Below are positions 25,656-35,216 of a DNA stretch of 64,000 nucleotides, piece by piece. The stretch's first letter is position 1. Each line of letters begins with the position of its first letter. Made by a program: the position numbers and the translations under genes. The notes below the pieces were generated by a model. It saw nothing but the letters and a program-made list of their open reading frames with translations. It was not told the origin of the DNA and made no database searches. Source of the DNA: Candidatus Colwellbacteria bacterium (GTDB taxonomy: Bacteria; Patescibacteriota; Minisyncoccia; UBA6257; Colwellbacteraceae); contig JACOWZ010000003.1 in the NCBI GenBank assembly GCA_016176525.1, positions 256,001 to 320,000 on the forward strand. The letters are read 5' to 3'.

Positions 25656-26570
25656 ATGAAAAAATTCGGTTTTATAACTATAGGCAATCAGGCTTATTTC
25701 CACACAATTTACTACTCTATAGAGAACATTAATTCTTTGTATCCGGATGTTTCAATATACATATACGATTGCGGGTTTACCCCTGCTCAAAGGCAGAAAT
25801 TTAGAGAGCAAAAGAACGTGACTCTTGTTCCTTGGGAAGACCGATTTTTTGATATTTCTATGCATTTTCGTTCTTTGCGGGAAAAGTTAAGTTTGGTATA
25901 CAACATTAGAAGGTTAAAAGATTTTCTTCCTTATATAAAGAATCTACTCCGTATTGTTAACGACCAGTCATATGCGTTGTTTTTAAAGCGGGAAATGCGT
26001 TTTGCAAACAAGCCATTGTGTATTCTGGATTGTATAAAGCGCTATGAGGAAAATGTTGTGTTTTTAGATGGTGATGCGGTTGTTGCCCAAAAATTTGATG
26101 AGCTTCTCAGGGATTCTTTTGATGTCGGAGTAACACTTAGAGAGCAAGGAGAAATAAGTATCAATAAAAATTCTTGTTCGGTACTTAACTCGGGTGTGCT
26201 TTTTTTCTTGGGCGGAAGAGAGAGAAATACATCTTTTTTAGGATATTGGATAGATTTTATGAAGAAAACGCATGAGCGATATATAGAGCAAAGCGCTCTT
26301 ACTCGTTTACTTGAGAATGTTGGCAAAGATGTGTTCACTAACTATAATGAGGTTTTAGTGCGTCTTTCTCAGGGAGAGATACGGGTTAAAATATTGCCAT
26401 GCAGAGTGTATAACCATTATCGCGCACGGCGATATGGTGTGACTAAAGAAAATAAGATTGTGCATTTTAAATCCTTGAATTATAGAAAGGAAGTGTTTTA
26501 CGACTTTTTACGAGAGTTGGGAATGTCTATTCCTGAAGCGGTCAATGCGGTCCGAAAAGAAGATTTATAA
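25656..26570 (+). CDS. hypothetical protein, possible nucleotide-diphospho-sugar transferase (DxD motif)
   Basis: VVFLDGDAVV DxD-like motif, and it sits inside the glycan locus. Confidence 0.35.
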   Translation: MKKFGFITIGNQAYFHTIYYSIENINSLYPDVSIYIYDCGFTPAQRQKFREQKNVTLVPWEDRFFDISMHFRSLREKLSLVYNIRRLKDFLPYIKNLLRIVNDQSYALFLKREMRFANKPLCILDCIKRYEENVVFLDGDAVVAQKFDELLRDSFDVGVTLREQGEISINKNSCSVLNSGVLFFLGGRERNTSFLGYWIDFMKKTHERYIEQSALTRLLENVGKDVFTNYNEVLVRLSQGEIRVKILPCRVYNHYRARRYGVTKENKIVHFKSLNYRKEVFYDFLRELGMSIPEAVNAVRKEDL

Positions 26571-26573
26571 AAT

Positions 26574-27356
26574 ATGCCTATTACTATACATTGTGAAAGA
26601 GACGCCGTATCTGGTTTTTGGGAGAATTTTTGGAAAGAAAAGTTTGATAGAGCATCGCTTGAGACATACTACAAAAGTTTTCGCAAGACACCTCGCGTGC
26701 AAAAGATTTTGATAAAATATTTACCCAAAGACGGCAAGATTCTTGATTCCGGATGCGGTTCCGGAATCTGGACGCATTGGTTAAAAGAAAAAGGTTATAA
26801 CGTGGAGGGCATTGATATTTCTAAGAACACCATATCATTTATAAAAAAAAACTTACCGGATTTGCCAGTTAGAACCGGAACAGTTTTTGCACTAGATTAC
26901 CCCGACAAGTCGCTTAAAGGATATTTGTCTTTTGGTGTTATTGGATACTTCCTGCCCGATAAGATTCTTAATGAAGCAGCCCGCGTTTTAGATAAAGAAG
27001 GTGTTGTTATATTGCGCGTTCCGTATGCTAACCCTTTGAGAAAGTTTAAGAGCCGTTTAGGGTTCTACAGCAGAAAGCGAGATTATTCCCAGTATGCGTT
27101 TACATCTGCCGAGCTTGCGAGTGAATTGAAGGCTCGGGGTTTTAAGTTTATAAAGTCGGATTTTTTTGATAGTTTGTACGGCTTTTACACAGAGATCTCT
27201 GGTGCGACTACAGTCCCTTTGTTATCTACTAAGAAAACAGCCGGTAAACTGCGCGGCGAGAGTTTGTTGCGTAATTTTATGAAAAGCATTTTTGAATTTC
27301 TACCAATTAGGTTTCTTTTTTCACACAATCTTATCGTTGTTGCAAAGAAACTATGA
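26574..27356 (+). CDS. class I SAM-dependent methyltransferase
   Basis: ILDSGCGSGIWTHWLKEKGYNVEGIDIS (motif I). Confidence 0.7.
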   Translation: MPITIHCERDAVSGFWENFWKEKFDRASLETYYKSFRKTPRVQKILIKYLPKDGKILDSGCGSGIWTHWLKEKGYNVEGIDISKNTISFIKKNLPDLPVRTGTVFALDYPDKSLKGYLSFGVIGYFLPDKILNEAARVLDKEGVVILRVPYANPLRKFKSRLGFYSRKRDYSQYAFTSAELASELKARGFKFIKSDFFDSLYGFYTEISGATTVPLLSTKKTAGKLRGESLLRNFMKSIFEFLPIRFLFSHNLIVVAKKL

Positions 27357-28159
27357 TAGAAGCTTTAAAAAACTGGCTAAGACATAAAGTACATGTGGGC
27401 GGGTTTCTATGGCATATACTAGTCTTTCCGCAAAGGTTTAAACGGCACGGCTTTAGAATTTTTAAGGGTATTTGGGAGGCGCGCGAAACAAAAGCTATGG
27501 TCGCTCCCCTAAAAACTCGGGAGTTTTTAAAAGATCATGTTTCTATCATTATTCAAAGTGCCGGGCGCGTGGAATATTTGCGCAAGACCATTCAGGCGCT
27601 GCGCAAAAATTTTAACTACGATCCAGTAAAGACTCACTGGCTTATAATTGATGATTACCCGGCATCATATGAAACAAGAGATTATATAAAAAGCTTAGAT
27701 TTCTTTGAGAAAGTTATTTTAAACGAGCGCAACCGCGGCATTGGATACTCAATCAACAGAATTTTCGCAGAAGTAAAAAGCGAGTTTGTGTTTTACTGCC
27801 AAGAAGATTTTGAGATTTTGCGCTCTGTGCCTATTGCCAGAATGATTCGAATTATTCGCGAGAATCCTCATTTGAGCCAATTAATGCTACTTGGTGATGA
27901 TATTAAAAAGTTCTCTGGGGCTCGGCAAGTTTCGGTAAGCCATCGCGAAACTTCTGAAATGTTTGGTTTTTGGCCATATCTTGCTTCTATAAAGTTTTTT
28001 AGAGAAAATCTCCCATTTCCTTTTTACTTTACTAACGTGGAATTTAGTTTTAAAGTGCACAGACGAGGTTGGTTAATCTCTGGAGTTTACGCAGAGGAAC
28101 AAGACGCGCCTTATGTAAGACATATTGGAGAAGAAAGAAAAGTATTGGTAGTCAAATGA
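27353..28159 (+). CDS. glycosyltransferase family 2-like protein
   Basis: VSIIIQSAGR...LIIDDYP...NRGIGYSINR...CQEDFE pattern. Confidence 0.45.
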   Translation: MIEALKNWLRHKVHVGGFLWHILVFPQRFKRHGFRIFKGIWEARETKAMVAPLKTREFLKDHVSIIIQSAGRVEYLRKTIQALRKNFNYDPVKTHWLIIDDYPASYETRDYIKSLDFFEKVILNERNRGIGYSINRIFAEVKSEFVFYCQEDFEILRSVPIARMIRIIRENPHLSQLMLLGDDIKKFSGARQVSVSHRETSEMFGFWPYLASIKFFRENLPFPFYFTNVEFSFKVHRRGWLISGVYAEEQDAPYVRHIGEERKVLVVK

Positions 28160-29046
28160 TTATTAGTGCACTTGTACATGCCAATAAAAGATATAACGCC
28201 TATTATAAAGGCGGCATTTTAACCGAGATTAAGCGACTTTTACGCTATCCTGTAAAATATGTGTGTCGGGGACTCGCTGTAAAATTTGGGTTGTTTGGTA
28301 AAAAACCAGTTTCTACACATACCTGTTGGGGCGGGGAGCTTTTTATTCTTCTTCCGGATAAAAACGCCGGTTCTTTGTATTATTTTGGGTTATTGCCAAA
28401 ACAGGAATATCCGCTTTCGTTATATTTGGCAAAGACTTTAAAAAGTAGCGATATCTTTTATGATGTCGGCGCAAATTACGGATTTTATTCTGCTCTTGCT
28501 AAAGCTTTGGTTAGGGATGGGGAAATCCACGCTTTTGAGCCGCATCCATTACTTACCGAGTGTCTCAATAAATCTTTTCCAAGCGGCGTCTTTATTAATC
28601 AAGCTGCGCTCGCGGATAAGGTTGGTGAGATTACTTTATACGACAAATATGTGAACGGCCACAGCGGAGGCAGCACTATTTTAGAAGGAGTTGGAGAAAT
28701 TAGTGCGAATCGGTCTCATGCACTAAAAATTTCTGCGATTTCGCTTGACGATTATGTTAAAACGCGTAGGCCACCAACAATTGTAAAAATTGATGTTGAG
28801 GGAGCTGAGAGTCTAGTGATTAGGGGAGGCGCGCAGACACTAAAGAAACACAAACCTGTAGTTATTATGGAGGTGTGGGGTAAAGACTTGTGGAACAAAT
28901 ATTCGCGCTCCGCAGCCGGTATGCTTTTCGAGTTTGGTTATTCCGCGAATGAAATTAGTTCTGAAGGCGAGCTCCTTCCTGTTTCAAAACGTGACTTAGA
29001 ACGAATAAGTCTTGGACGCAAATATGCTAATGTTGTTTTCTCTTAA
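28156..29046 (+). CDS. FkbM-family methyltransferase
   Basis: DVGANYGFYS...EPHP...IVKIDVEGAE signature. The start is set at ATG 28156, giving an ATGA overlap with the upstream gene. Confidence 0.7.
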   Translation: MIISALVHANKRYNAYYKGGILTEIKRLLRYPVKYVCRGLAVKFGLFGKKPVSTHTCWGGELFILLPDKNAGSLYYFGLLPKQEYPLSLYLAKTLKSSDIFYDVGANYGFYSALAKALVRDGEIHAFEPHPLLTECLNKSFPSGVFINQAALADKVGEITLYDKYVNGHSGGSTILEGVGEISANRSHALKISAISLDDYVKTRRPPTIVKIDVEGAESLVIRGGAQTLKKHKPVVIMEVWGKDLWNKYSRSAAGMLFEFGYSANEISSEGELLPVSKRDLERISLGRKYANVVFS

Positions 29047-29068
29047 CAAACCTATAAAATAGTAAGTT

Positions 29069-29917
29069 ATGAAAGCTTTTGTAATAGGCGGGGCCGGCTT
29101 TATCGGGTCGCATCTTGTAGTTGCTCTTAAGAGAGAGGGGCACGAGGTTTTTGTTGTGGACAAGCGTAACGGTTTAGATATGCAAAGCCTTAGGTTTCAA
29201 GAGCTCTTTCAGAAAGAGCGGCCAGAGGTTGTATTGCACCTTGCTGGGCCGATTGGCTTGCGAAACCCCAATGCAGAAACAGTTTTTGAGGATTGCGTAT
29301 CTATTCTTTTGGGTACAAAGAATGTACTTGAGGCGGCTCGTGTATCCAGCGTTAGAAGAATTATTTTTTCTTCCTCAAGCGCAGTTTATGAGAACGCCAA
29401 AGAGGTTCCCACTCCAGAAACTTATACAACAAGTTCTTCTTCACTGTACGGTATTATGACAATCTTGATGGAGAAGTTGATTCTAGACTATAGCGCTGTT
29501 TCTAAAATCTCTACTGTGATTTTGCGTTTAAGCAATGTGTATGGGCCAGGACAGTGGCGTAATGTTGTACGGATTTTTGCAGAAGATATGCAAAAAAATA
29601 TTTCTCCAAAAATTGCCGGGGATGGCAGTTCCACAAGAGATTTTGTGCATGTCGGCGATGTGGTGGATGCGTTTATTAAAGCTGCCAACTCTAATGCAAC
29701 TGGGATTTTTAACATAGGGAGTTCAAAAGAGACAAGTTTAAAAGAGCTTTTTGAAACTCTGGCAAATACACTACAATGGAATGGAGCGCCGGAGTATGTT
29801 TCTGCGCCCCAAAGTGGTGTATCAAGAAGTGCGCTAGATTGTACAAAAGCCAAAAAAGATTTAGGATGGCGAGCAAAAACTACACTTAAAGATGGACTCA
29901 TTAAAACATTTATTTAA
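29069..29917 (+). CDS. NAD-dependent epimerase/dehydratase
   Basis: AFVIGGAGFIGSHLVVAL, 282 aa. Confidence 0.7.
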   Translation: MKAFVIGGAGFIGSHLVVALKREGHEVFVVDKRNGLDMQSLRFQELFQKERPEVVLHLAGPIGLRNPNAETVFEDCVSILLGTKNVLEAARVSSVRRIIFSSSSAVYENAKEVPTPETYTTSSSSLYGIMTILMEKLILDYSAVSKISTVILRLSNVYGPGQWRNVVRIFAEDMQKNISPKIAGDGSSTRDFVHVGDVVDAFIKAANSNATGIFNIGSSKETSLKELFETLANTLQWNGAPEYVSAPQSGVSRSALDCTKAKKDLGWRAKTTLKDGLIKTFI

Positions 29918-30911
29918 AGACAAGAATATTTTTGTAACAGGTGGTTTGGGCAGTATTGGCTCTGCCATTGTAAAAGAAGTATTGCAATATGAACCAAAGT
30001 CGGTGGTTGTTGGAGACAATCGTGAGACAGCGATGTTCTACGGTGTTTGGGAGAATAAAGACCCGCGGTTGAAATATGTGTTTATGGATGTGCGAGATCG
30101 CGAAAGATTGCACGAGGTTTTGCGGGGTATGGATATTGTTTTCCATGCTGCCGCGATGAAACATATTTTGGTCTGTGAGCGTAACCCGTCGGAGGCCGCT
30201 GCAACGAATGTGACCGGCACCCAAAATGTGATTGATGCCACTATTCATAATAATTTAGATAGAATGGTTTTTATAAGCACTGACAAGGTAGTTAACCCCA
30301 CAAACGTTTTGGGTATGACAAAACTCCAAGCAGAGAGGTTGGTGGAGGCAACTTGTATGTCAAGAACCAGAAACCACACAAAGTTCGGCGTGGTGCGTTT
30401 CGGAAATGTTTTGTACTCCCAAGGGTCTGTTTTAGAGATTTGGGAGCGACAACTAAAACGTGGAGAAAAAATTAGCATTACCGACCCCAAAATGACGCGC
30501 TTTATAATGTCCACGTCGCAGGCAGCTGGCCTTATTTTTGCTGCGAGCCGGTATATGCAAGATGGCGAGATATTTATATTCAAAATGCCATCTTGCACGA
30601 TTGATACGCTTGCTAAGGCCTACCTGGAGCTCCGCGGCTACAAACCCGACCGCTTTGAGGTTATCGGAGCACGTGAAGGAGACCGCCAAGACGAAGAATT
30701 GCTCTTAGAAGAAGAAACAAAATTGCTTATGGAAAATGACAGATTTTTACTGTGCCCGCCCGTGGGTTTGCTAGAGAAAGATATTCAACGCTATCAAGAA
30801 TTAGGCTTCAAGAAATCGCAGCGCAAGCTTTTCTCTTCGAACAATCCGGAATATCTACTTGAAAAAGGTGCAGTAAAAAAAATCCTCGCGCGTTATTTTA
30901 AAGAAGAATGA
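29892..30911 (+). CDS. UDP-GlcNAc 4,6-dehydratase-type polysaccharide biosynthesis protein (CapD/PseB/FlaA1 family)
   Basis: IFVTGGLGSIGSAIV, FISTDKVVNPTNVLGMTKLQAERLV (Polysacc_synt_2 signature). Confidence 0.7.
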   Translation: MDSLKHLFKDKNIFVTGGLGSIGSAIVKEVLQYEPKSVVVGDNRETAMFYGVWENKDPRLKYVFMDVRDRERLHEVLRGMDIVFHAAAMKHILVCERNPSEAAATNVTGTQNVIDATIHNNLDRMVFISTDKVVNPTNVLGMTKLQAERLVEATCMSRTRNHTKFGVVRFGNVLYSQGSVLEIWERQLKRGEKISITDPKMTRFIMSTSQAAGLIFAASRYMQDGEIFIFKMPSCTIDTLAKAYLELRGYKPDRFEVIGAREGDRQDEELLLEEETKLLMENDRFLLCPPVGLLEKDIQRYQELGFKKSQRKLFSSNNPEYLLEKGAVKKILARYFKEE

Positions 30912-31549
30912 TGCAGGAGAAAGATTTCGGACAATCGCAGCGTCAATATGAACAGGGTCGTATTCAATATCGCTTGGCTCTTGAGTTGGTGAAGAATAGG
31001 GGTTTTGGGAAAGTAGTTCTCGATATTGGTGCCGGCAAAGGAGAATTTGCCGATATACTTTCAGAACGCGGGTATAAAGTAAGTTGTGTAGATGGAACAA
31101 AAGAGCTCTGTAAAGAACTTGAAGAAAAAGGATATGAAACAGCGTGTATTGATTTAGAAGAAGAACGTCTGCCTTTTCCAGATAATTCCTTTGATTTAGT
31201 TGTTTCGCTGGAAGTTATAGAGCATCTTTGGAATACAGAGCATTACCTAAAAGAACTGTGGCGAGTTCTGCGCCCAGATGGATATGTGATTCTTACTACT
31301 CCTAATTACAACTTTTGGAGTTTTCGTATACTTTCTTTCCTAGGCTTAGCAGAGAGGTTTCTGACACAGGACTACCATAAGAAACTCTTTACAGCGCATT
31401 CGCTCTCCAAAAGGTTGGGGCCATATTTTACTGTTGAGAAAATTGCGGGACGGGGTATGGTTCCCAAGCTTGGCTTGCACTACCCCGCTCCGGTTTTCCG
31501 CAATTTGTTAGCTATGCATATAGGAGTTCTGTGTAAGCCTAAGAAGTAA
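30908..31549 (+). CDS. class I SAM-dependent methyltransferase
   Basis: VLDIGAGKGEFADIL, LRPDGYVILTTPN. Confidence 0.7.
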   Translation: MMQEKDFGQSQRQYEQGRIQYRLALELVKNRGFGKVVLDIGAGKGEFADILSERGYKVSCVDGTKELCKELEEKGYETACIDLEEERLPFPDNSFDLVVSLEVIEHLWNTEHYLKELWRVLRPDGYVILTTPNYNFWSFRILSFLGLAERFLTQDYHKKLFTAHSLSKRLGPYFTVEKIAGRGMVPKLGLHYPAPVFRNLLAMHIGVLCKPKK

Positions 31550-31561
31550 TTTCTAATTTCT

Positions 31562-32635
31562 ATGAAATTTCTATTTATTGCCCCGCGTTTTCACACAAAC
31601 CAGCATTTTTGGGTGAAAATGCTGGTTGAGCGCGGCCATAAAGTAGAGTTTTTTGTTTGGAGAATAGAAAAAACAGAGAATCATAGCGTGGTTGCCCCCG
31701 AGCTTATTGATTCATTATTCGGAAAGCATAGAAATATGGCAAAAGAGGATATTCGCTGGGAAATTCCAAGCCCAGCGCGTTTTTGGAAGAAAATGCGAGC
31801 TTTTAATCCTGATGTTGTGGTAGTACGCGACCCATTCTTTTACATTTTCGCCTTTTTAGCCATGATTCTGGCGCGTTTTCAGAAACGCAAAGTTGTTATT
31901 TACTCCCAGACGCTGCTCCATAAACCCGTGTCTTGGGCGCGTTCTTTTGTGGTTAGGGTAATAATGAGGCTTCTCGCCGATTTATGGATTACACCGGTTA
32001 AAGGAGATAATAAGAAATTTAATAAGTTTCATCCCAAGGCTTTTTATGTGCCGCTTGCAGTAGAGCCGCTCATTAACAATAAACATACGACTAGCAAGAT
32101 GTTGAAGATTATTTCTGTTGGGAAACTATATCTTCCTAAAAAGCGCAATCTTATGCTGCTTGAGGCGATTAAGGATATGAAAGATGTGCATGTTACGTTT
32201 GTTGGTTTTCTGGGATCGAGAGATCAGACTTATCTCTCAGAAATGCGGGAATATATCGCGAAGCATGGAATGGAGAAACGAGTAGAGATATATGCAGATA
32301 TGTCACATCAAGAAACCTTGGGAGAATATGGAAAGCACGATCTATTCGTTCTTGCGGGGTCTGAACCGTTGGCATATTCAGTACTTGAAGCAATCGCGAC
32401 CGGTTTGGCTGTTATCTGCAGTACGGGCAATGGTGCGAGATGGTATGTAGAAGAAGGACAAAATGGATATGTGTTCAAAGAAGACAATGTTCAAGATTTG
32501 CGAGAGAAAATACTTATTCTAGCCTCTGATCGCAAACTACTTATTAGTATGCAAATAAAGAGCCAAGAGCTTGCAAAAAATAAGTATGCTCCTGATGCGG
32601 TTTATAAAAAGTTTATAAGTGCAATTGGTAGTTAA
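31562..32635 (+). CDS. glycosyltransferase family 4
   Basis: C-terminal GT1 motif AGSEPLAYSVLEAIATGLAVICS. Confidence 0.7.
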   Translation: MKFLFIAPRFHTNQHFWVKMLVERGHKVEFFVWRIEKTENHSVVAPELIDSLFGKHRNMAKEDIRWEIPSPARFWKKMRAFNPDVVVVRDPFFYIFAFLAMILARFQKRKVVIYSQTLLHKPVSWARSFVVRVIMRLLADLWITPVKGDNKKFNKFHPKAFYVPLAVEPLINNKHTTSKMLKIISVGKLYLPKKRNLMLLEAIKDMKDVHVTFVGFLGSRDQTYLSEMREYIAKHGMEKRVEIYADMSHQETLGEYGKHDLFVLAGSEPLAYSVLEAIATGLAVICSTGNGARWYVEEGQNGYVFKEDNVQDLREKILILASDRKLLISMQIKSQELAKNKYAPDAVYKKFISAIGS

Positions 32636-33087
32636 CTAAACGTATATCGTAACCCCCAAAAAGGCCGCCCTTCCGCCTTATCTTTAAAGCCGCACTTTTC
32701 AATATAAAATCTGCGTGCATTTTCTTTTCTGGTTGTTAAGTCAACACATCTTGCTCCGCCTTCGCGCGCGTCTTTTAGCATTTGTTCTGTAAGTTTTTTA
32801 CCTATTCCCTTACCTCGCATAGATTCGTTTACTATAACATCTTCAATAGTCCATACTTCTCCTCCAAGTTTTTCGTAAGAGGCGAGTTGGGATGTGCCAA
32901 CTATTTCCCCGTCAACTGTTGCAATATATACCCCTACGTTTGGGCTATTTACCACTCTTTGGAATTTCTCAAACTCCAAGGGTGGCCTCTCCGGATATAA
33001 CTGGGCAAGCAAATCTCGGATTGCGTTGTATGCTTTTTCGTCCGCGGTCCTTACCTTGTCTATACGCGCTTTGTCCATATTTAGCAT
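32632..33087 (-). CDS. GNAT-family N-acetyltransferase
   Basis: 151 aa, RGKGIGKKLTEQML...RFYIEKCGF (acetyl-CoA binding motif A). Confidence 0.7.
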   Translation of the reverse strand: MLNMDKARIDKVRTADEKAYNAIRDLLAQLYPERPPLEFEKFQRVVNSPNVGVYIATVDGEIVGTSQLASYEKLGGEVWTIEDVIVNESMRGKGIGKKLTEQMLKDAREGGARCVDLTTRKENARRFYIEKCGFKDKAEGRPFWGLRYTFS

Positions 33088-33118
33088 TATACAAGACTCG
33101 TATAATTTGTTAATATAA

Positions 33119-34120
33119 ATGCAATTTTCAGCTAATTTTATGCCAAATCAAGAGACTGTATTTATCACAGGAGGCGCTGGTTTTTTGGGATCTTACATAA
33201 CCCGCAAGCTTTTGCAACAAGGATATAAGGTTGTTGTATATGATGCGTTTGTTCAATATTCAAACCCTATTGATGGGTTTAATACAGAAGCACAAATTCA
33301 GCGTCGTTTTGATGGAATTAAAGATAAAGTGGTTTTTGTAAGGGGGGATACTACGCATAAATCGTTCTTACAAAAAGCTGTACTTCAGCACAAGCCGTCT
33401 GTAATTATTCATTTGGCGGCACTGCCCATAGCCGACATCGGCGACAAAAATCCTGACGAGGCCAATTCAAGTATTATTGAAGGTACAATTAATATTTTAA
33501 ATATCATGAAAGACGTAGATTTTGTTAAGCGCTTTGTCTATACCTCGTCAAGTATGGTTTATGGGGATTTTGAATACAGCCCCGCCGATGAAGAGCATCC
33601 TAAAAAACCCAAAAGCATATATGGGGCAACAAAATTTGCCGGAGAGATTCTTACAGAGGCATATGGAAGGCGATATAAAATTCCTTATACGATTATAAGA
33701 CCTTCTGCTATTTATGGCCCGGGCGATGTAAATAGGCGTGTTGTGCAAATGTTTTTAGAGAATGCTTTTGTGGACAAGCCGATTAAACTCCACAACGGCG
33801 GCACATCTAAACTAGATTTTTCTTTTGTGGAGGATGTTGCAGATGGTTTTATTCTGGCTGCGTTCCACCCCAAAGCAGAGGGGCAGATTTTCAACATTAC
33901 TAGGGGCGAGGGTAGGCAGCTAAAAGAGCTTGTAGATATTATCCAGAAACTTGTCGGGCATCCGCTAAAAGTTGAAATAACTCCGCCGGATTTTCACCGC
34001 CCGGAGCGTGGAGCATTGAGTATTGAGAAAGCTAGAAAGCTTATCGGATACAATCCGCAGTATTCTCTTGAGCAGGGAGTGGAAAAATATTATAAATTTC
34101 TCAAGCAATTTTATGCGTAA
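33119..34120 (+). CDS. NAD-dependent epimerase/dehydratase
   Basis: VFITGGAGFLGSYITRKL, YGATKFAGE (YxxxK). Confidence 0.7.
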   Translation: MQFSANFMPNQETVFITGGAGFLGSYITRKLLQQGYKVVVYDAFVQYSNPIDGFNTEAQIQRRFDGIKDKVVFVRGDTTHKSFLQKAVLQHKPSVIIHLAALPIADIGDKNPDEANSSIIEGTINILNIMKDVDFVKRFVYTSSSMVYGDFEYSPADEEHPKKPKSIYGATKFAGEILTEAYGRRYKIPYTIIRPSAIYGPGDVNRRVVQMFLENAFVDKPIKLHNGGTSKLDFSFVEDVADGFILAAFHPKAEGQIFNITRGEGRQLKELVDIIQKLVGHPLKVEITPPDFHRPERGALSIEKARKLIGYNPQYSLEQGVEKYYKFLKQFYA

Positions 34121-35216
34121 GATTCCACTTTCCAAGGCAAGAATTGGCAAAGAAGAAGAAAGCTCTATGGTTGAGGCTCTACGCTCCGGTTGGCTAACCC
34201 ACGGTCCTAAGAATAAAGAATTTGAAGAGGCATTTGCCTCTTATATAGGCACTAAATATGCAATTTCAATGAATTCTTGTGCCTCGGTGTTGTTTGCGGT
34301 TATAAAAGCTGCTGGAATTACTGGTGAAGTTATTTTGCCAAGTTTTACGTTTACTGCTTCAGCAAACGCTGTTGTAAATGCTGGCGCAAAGCCAGTTTTT
34401 ACGGATGTTGATTATGATACTTGTATGCTAGATCCCAAAAGTGTTGAAGAAGCCATTACGCCGAAAACCGAAGCTATTATGGTAGTGCACTTTGCTGGGC
34501 AAGCTGGGCCGCTAAAAGAACTTAAAGAAATAGTGGATAAACACGAACTTTTACTTATTGAGGATTCCGCTGAAGCAATAGGGGCGGAATATAATGGCAA
34601 AAAAACAGGTTCTTTCGGCGAAGGGTGTTTTTCGTTTTGGCCAACAAAAAATATGACAACTGGAGAAGGAGGTATGCTTACCACAAATAACCAAAAACTT
34701 GCAGAGCAGGCATCGCTGTTCGTCGCGCACGGCATTAAAAAAGCAGTAAACCCTCCACACGTTGGATATCGCTCGGCAGTTCTACCAGGGTTTAACTTTC
34801 GTTTAAGTAATATGCTCGCGGCTATTGGTGTTGAGCAGCTCAAAAAATTAGATGCTATGAACGAAAGTAGAAGAATTGCAGCTGGTTGGTACAACGATCG
34901 TTTATCTAAAATACTAGGAATTACCCTGCCAGTAGAAAAGCCTGGTAGGAAACATGTGTACCAAATGTACACAATAAAAGTTGCGGTCGACAAAAGAAAC
35001 ACTTTAGTTTCGGCGCTAAATAATGCTGGAGTAGAGGCTTCGGTGCATTTTAATCCGCCAGTGCATTTGCAGGATTATTACAAAAAAAAATATCCAGCTC
35101 ATTTGCCTATTACCGAGAAGATTGCCGAGGAGATTGTTACACTGCCGATGTATCCGGATATTACCAAAGAGGATATATCTTATGTATGTGATACTATACG
35201 GGCAAATTTGGCATGA
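34113..35216 (+). CDS. DegT/DnrJ/EryC1/StrS-family PLP-dependent sugar aminotransferase
   Basis: MRKIPLSKARIGKEEESSMVEALRSGWLTHGPK..., FSFWPTKNMTTGEGGML (lysine motif region). The start at 34113 overlaps the upstream stop (ATGCGTAA). Confidence 0.75.
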   Translation: MRKIPLSKARIGKEEESSMVEALRSGWLTHGPKNKEFEEAFASYIGTKYAISMNSCASVLFAVIKAAGITGEVILPSFTFTASANAVVNAGAKPVFTDVDYDTCMLDPKSVEEAITPKTEAIMVVHFAGQAGPLKELKEIVDKHELLLIEDSAEAIGAEYNGKKTGSFGEGCFSFWPTKNMTTGEGGMLTTNNQKLAEQASLFVAHGIKKAVNPPHVGYRSAVLPGFNFRLSNMLAAIGVEQLKKLDAMNESRRIAAGWYNDRLSKILGITLPVEKPGRKHVYQMYTIKVAVDKRNTLVSALNNAGVEASVHFNPPVHLQDYYKKKYPAHLPITEKIAEEIVTLPMYPDITKEDISYVCDTIRANLA

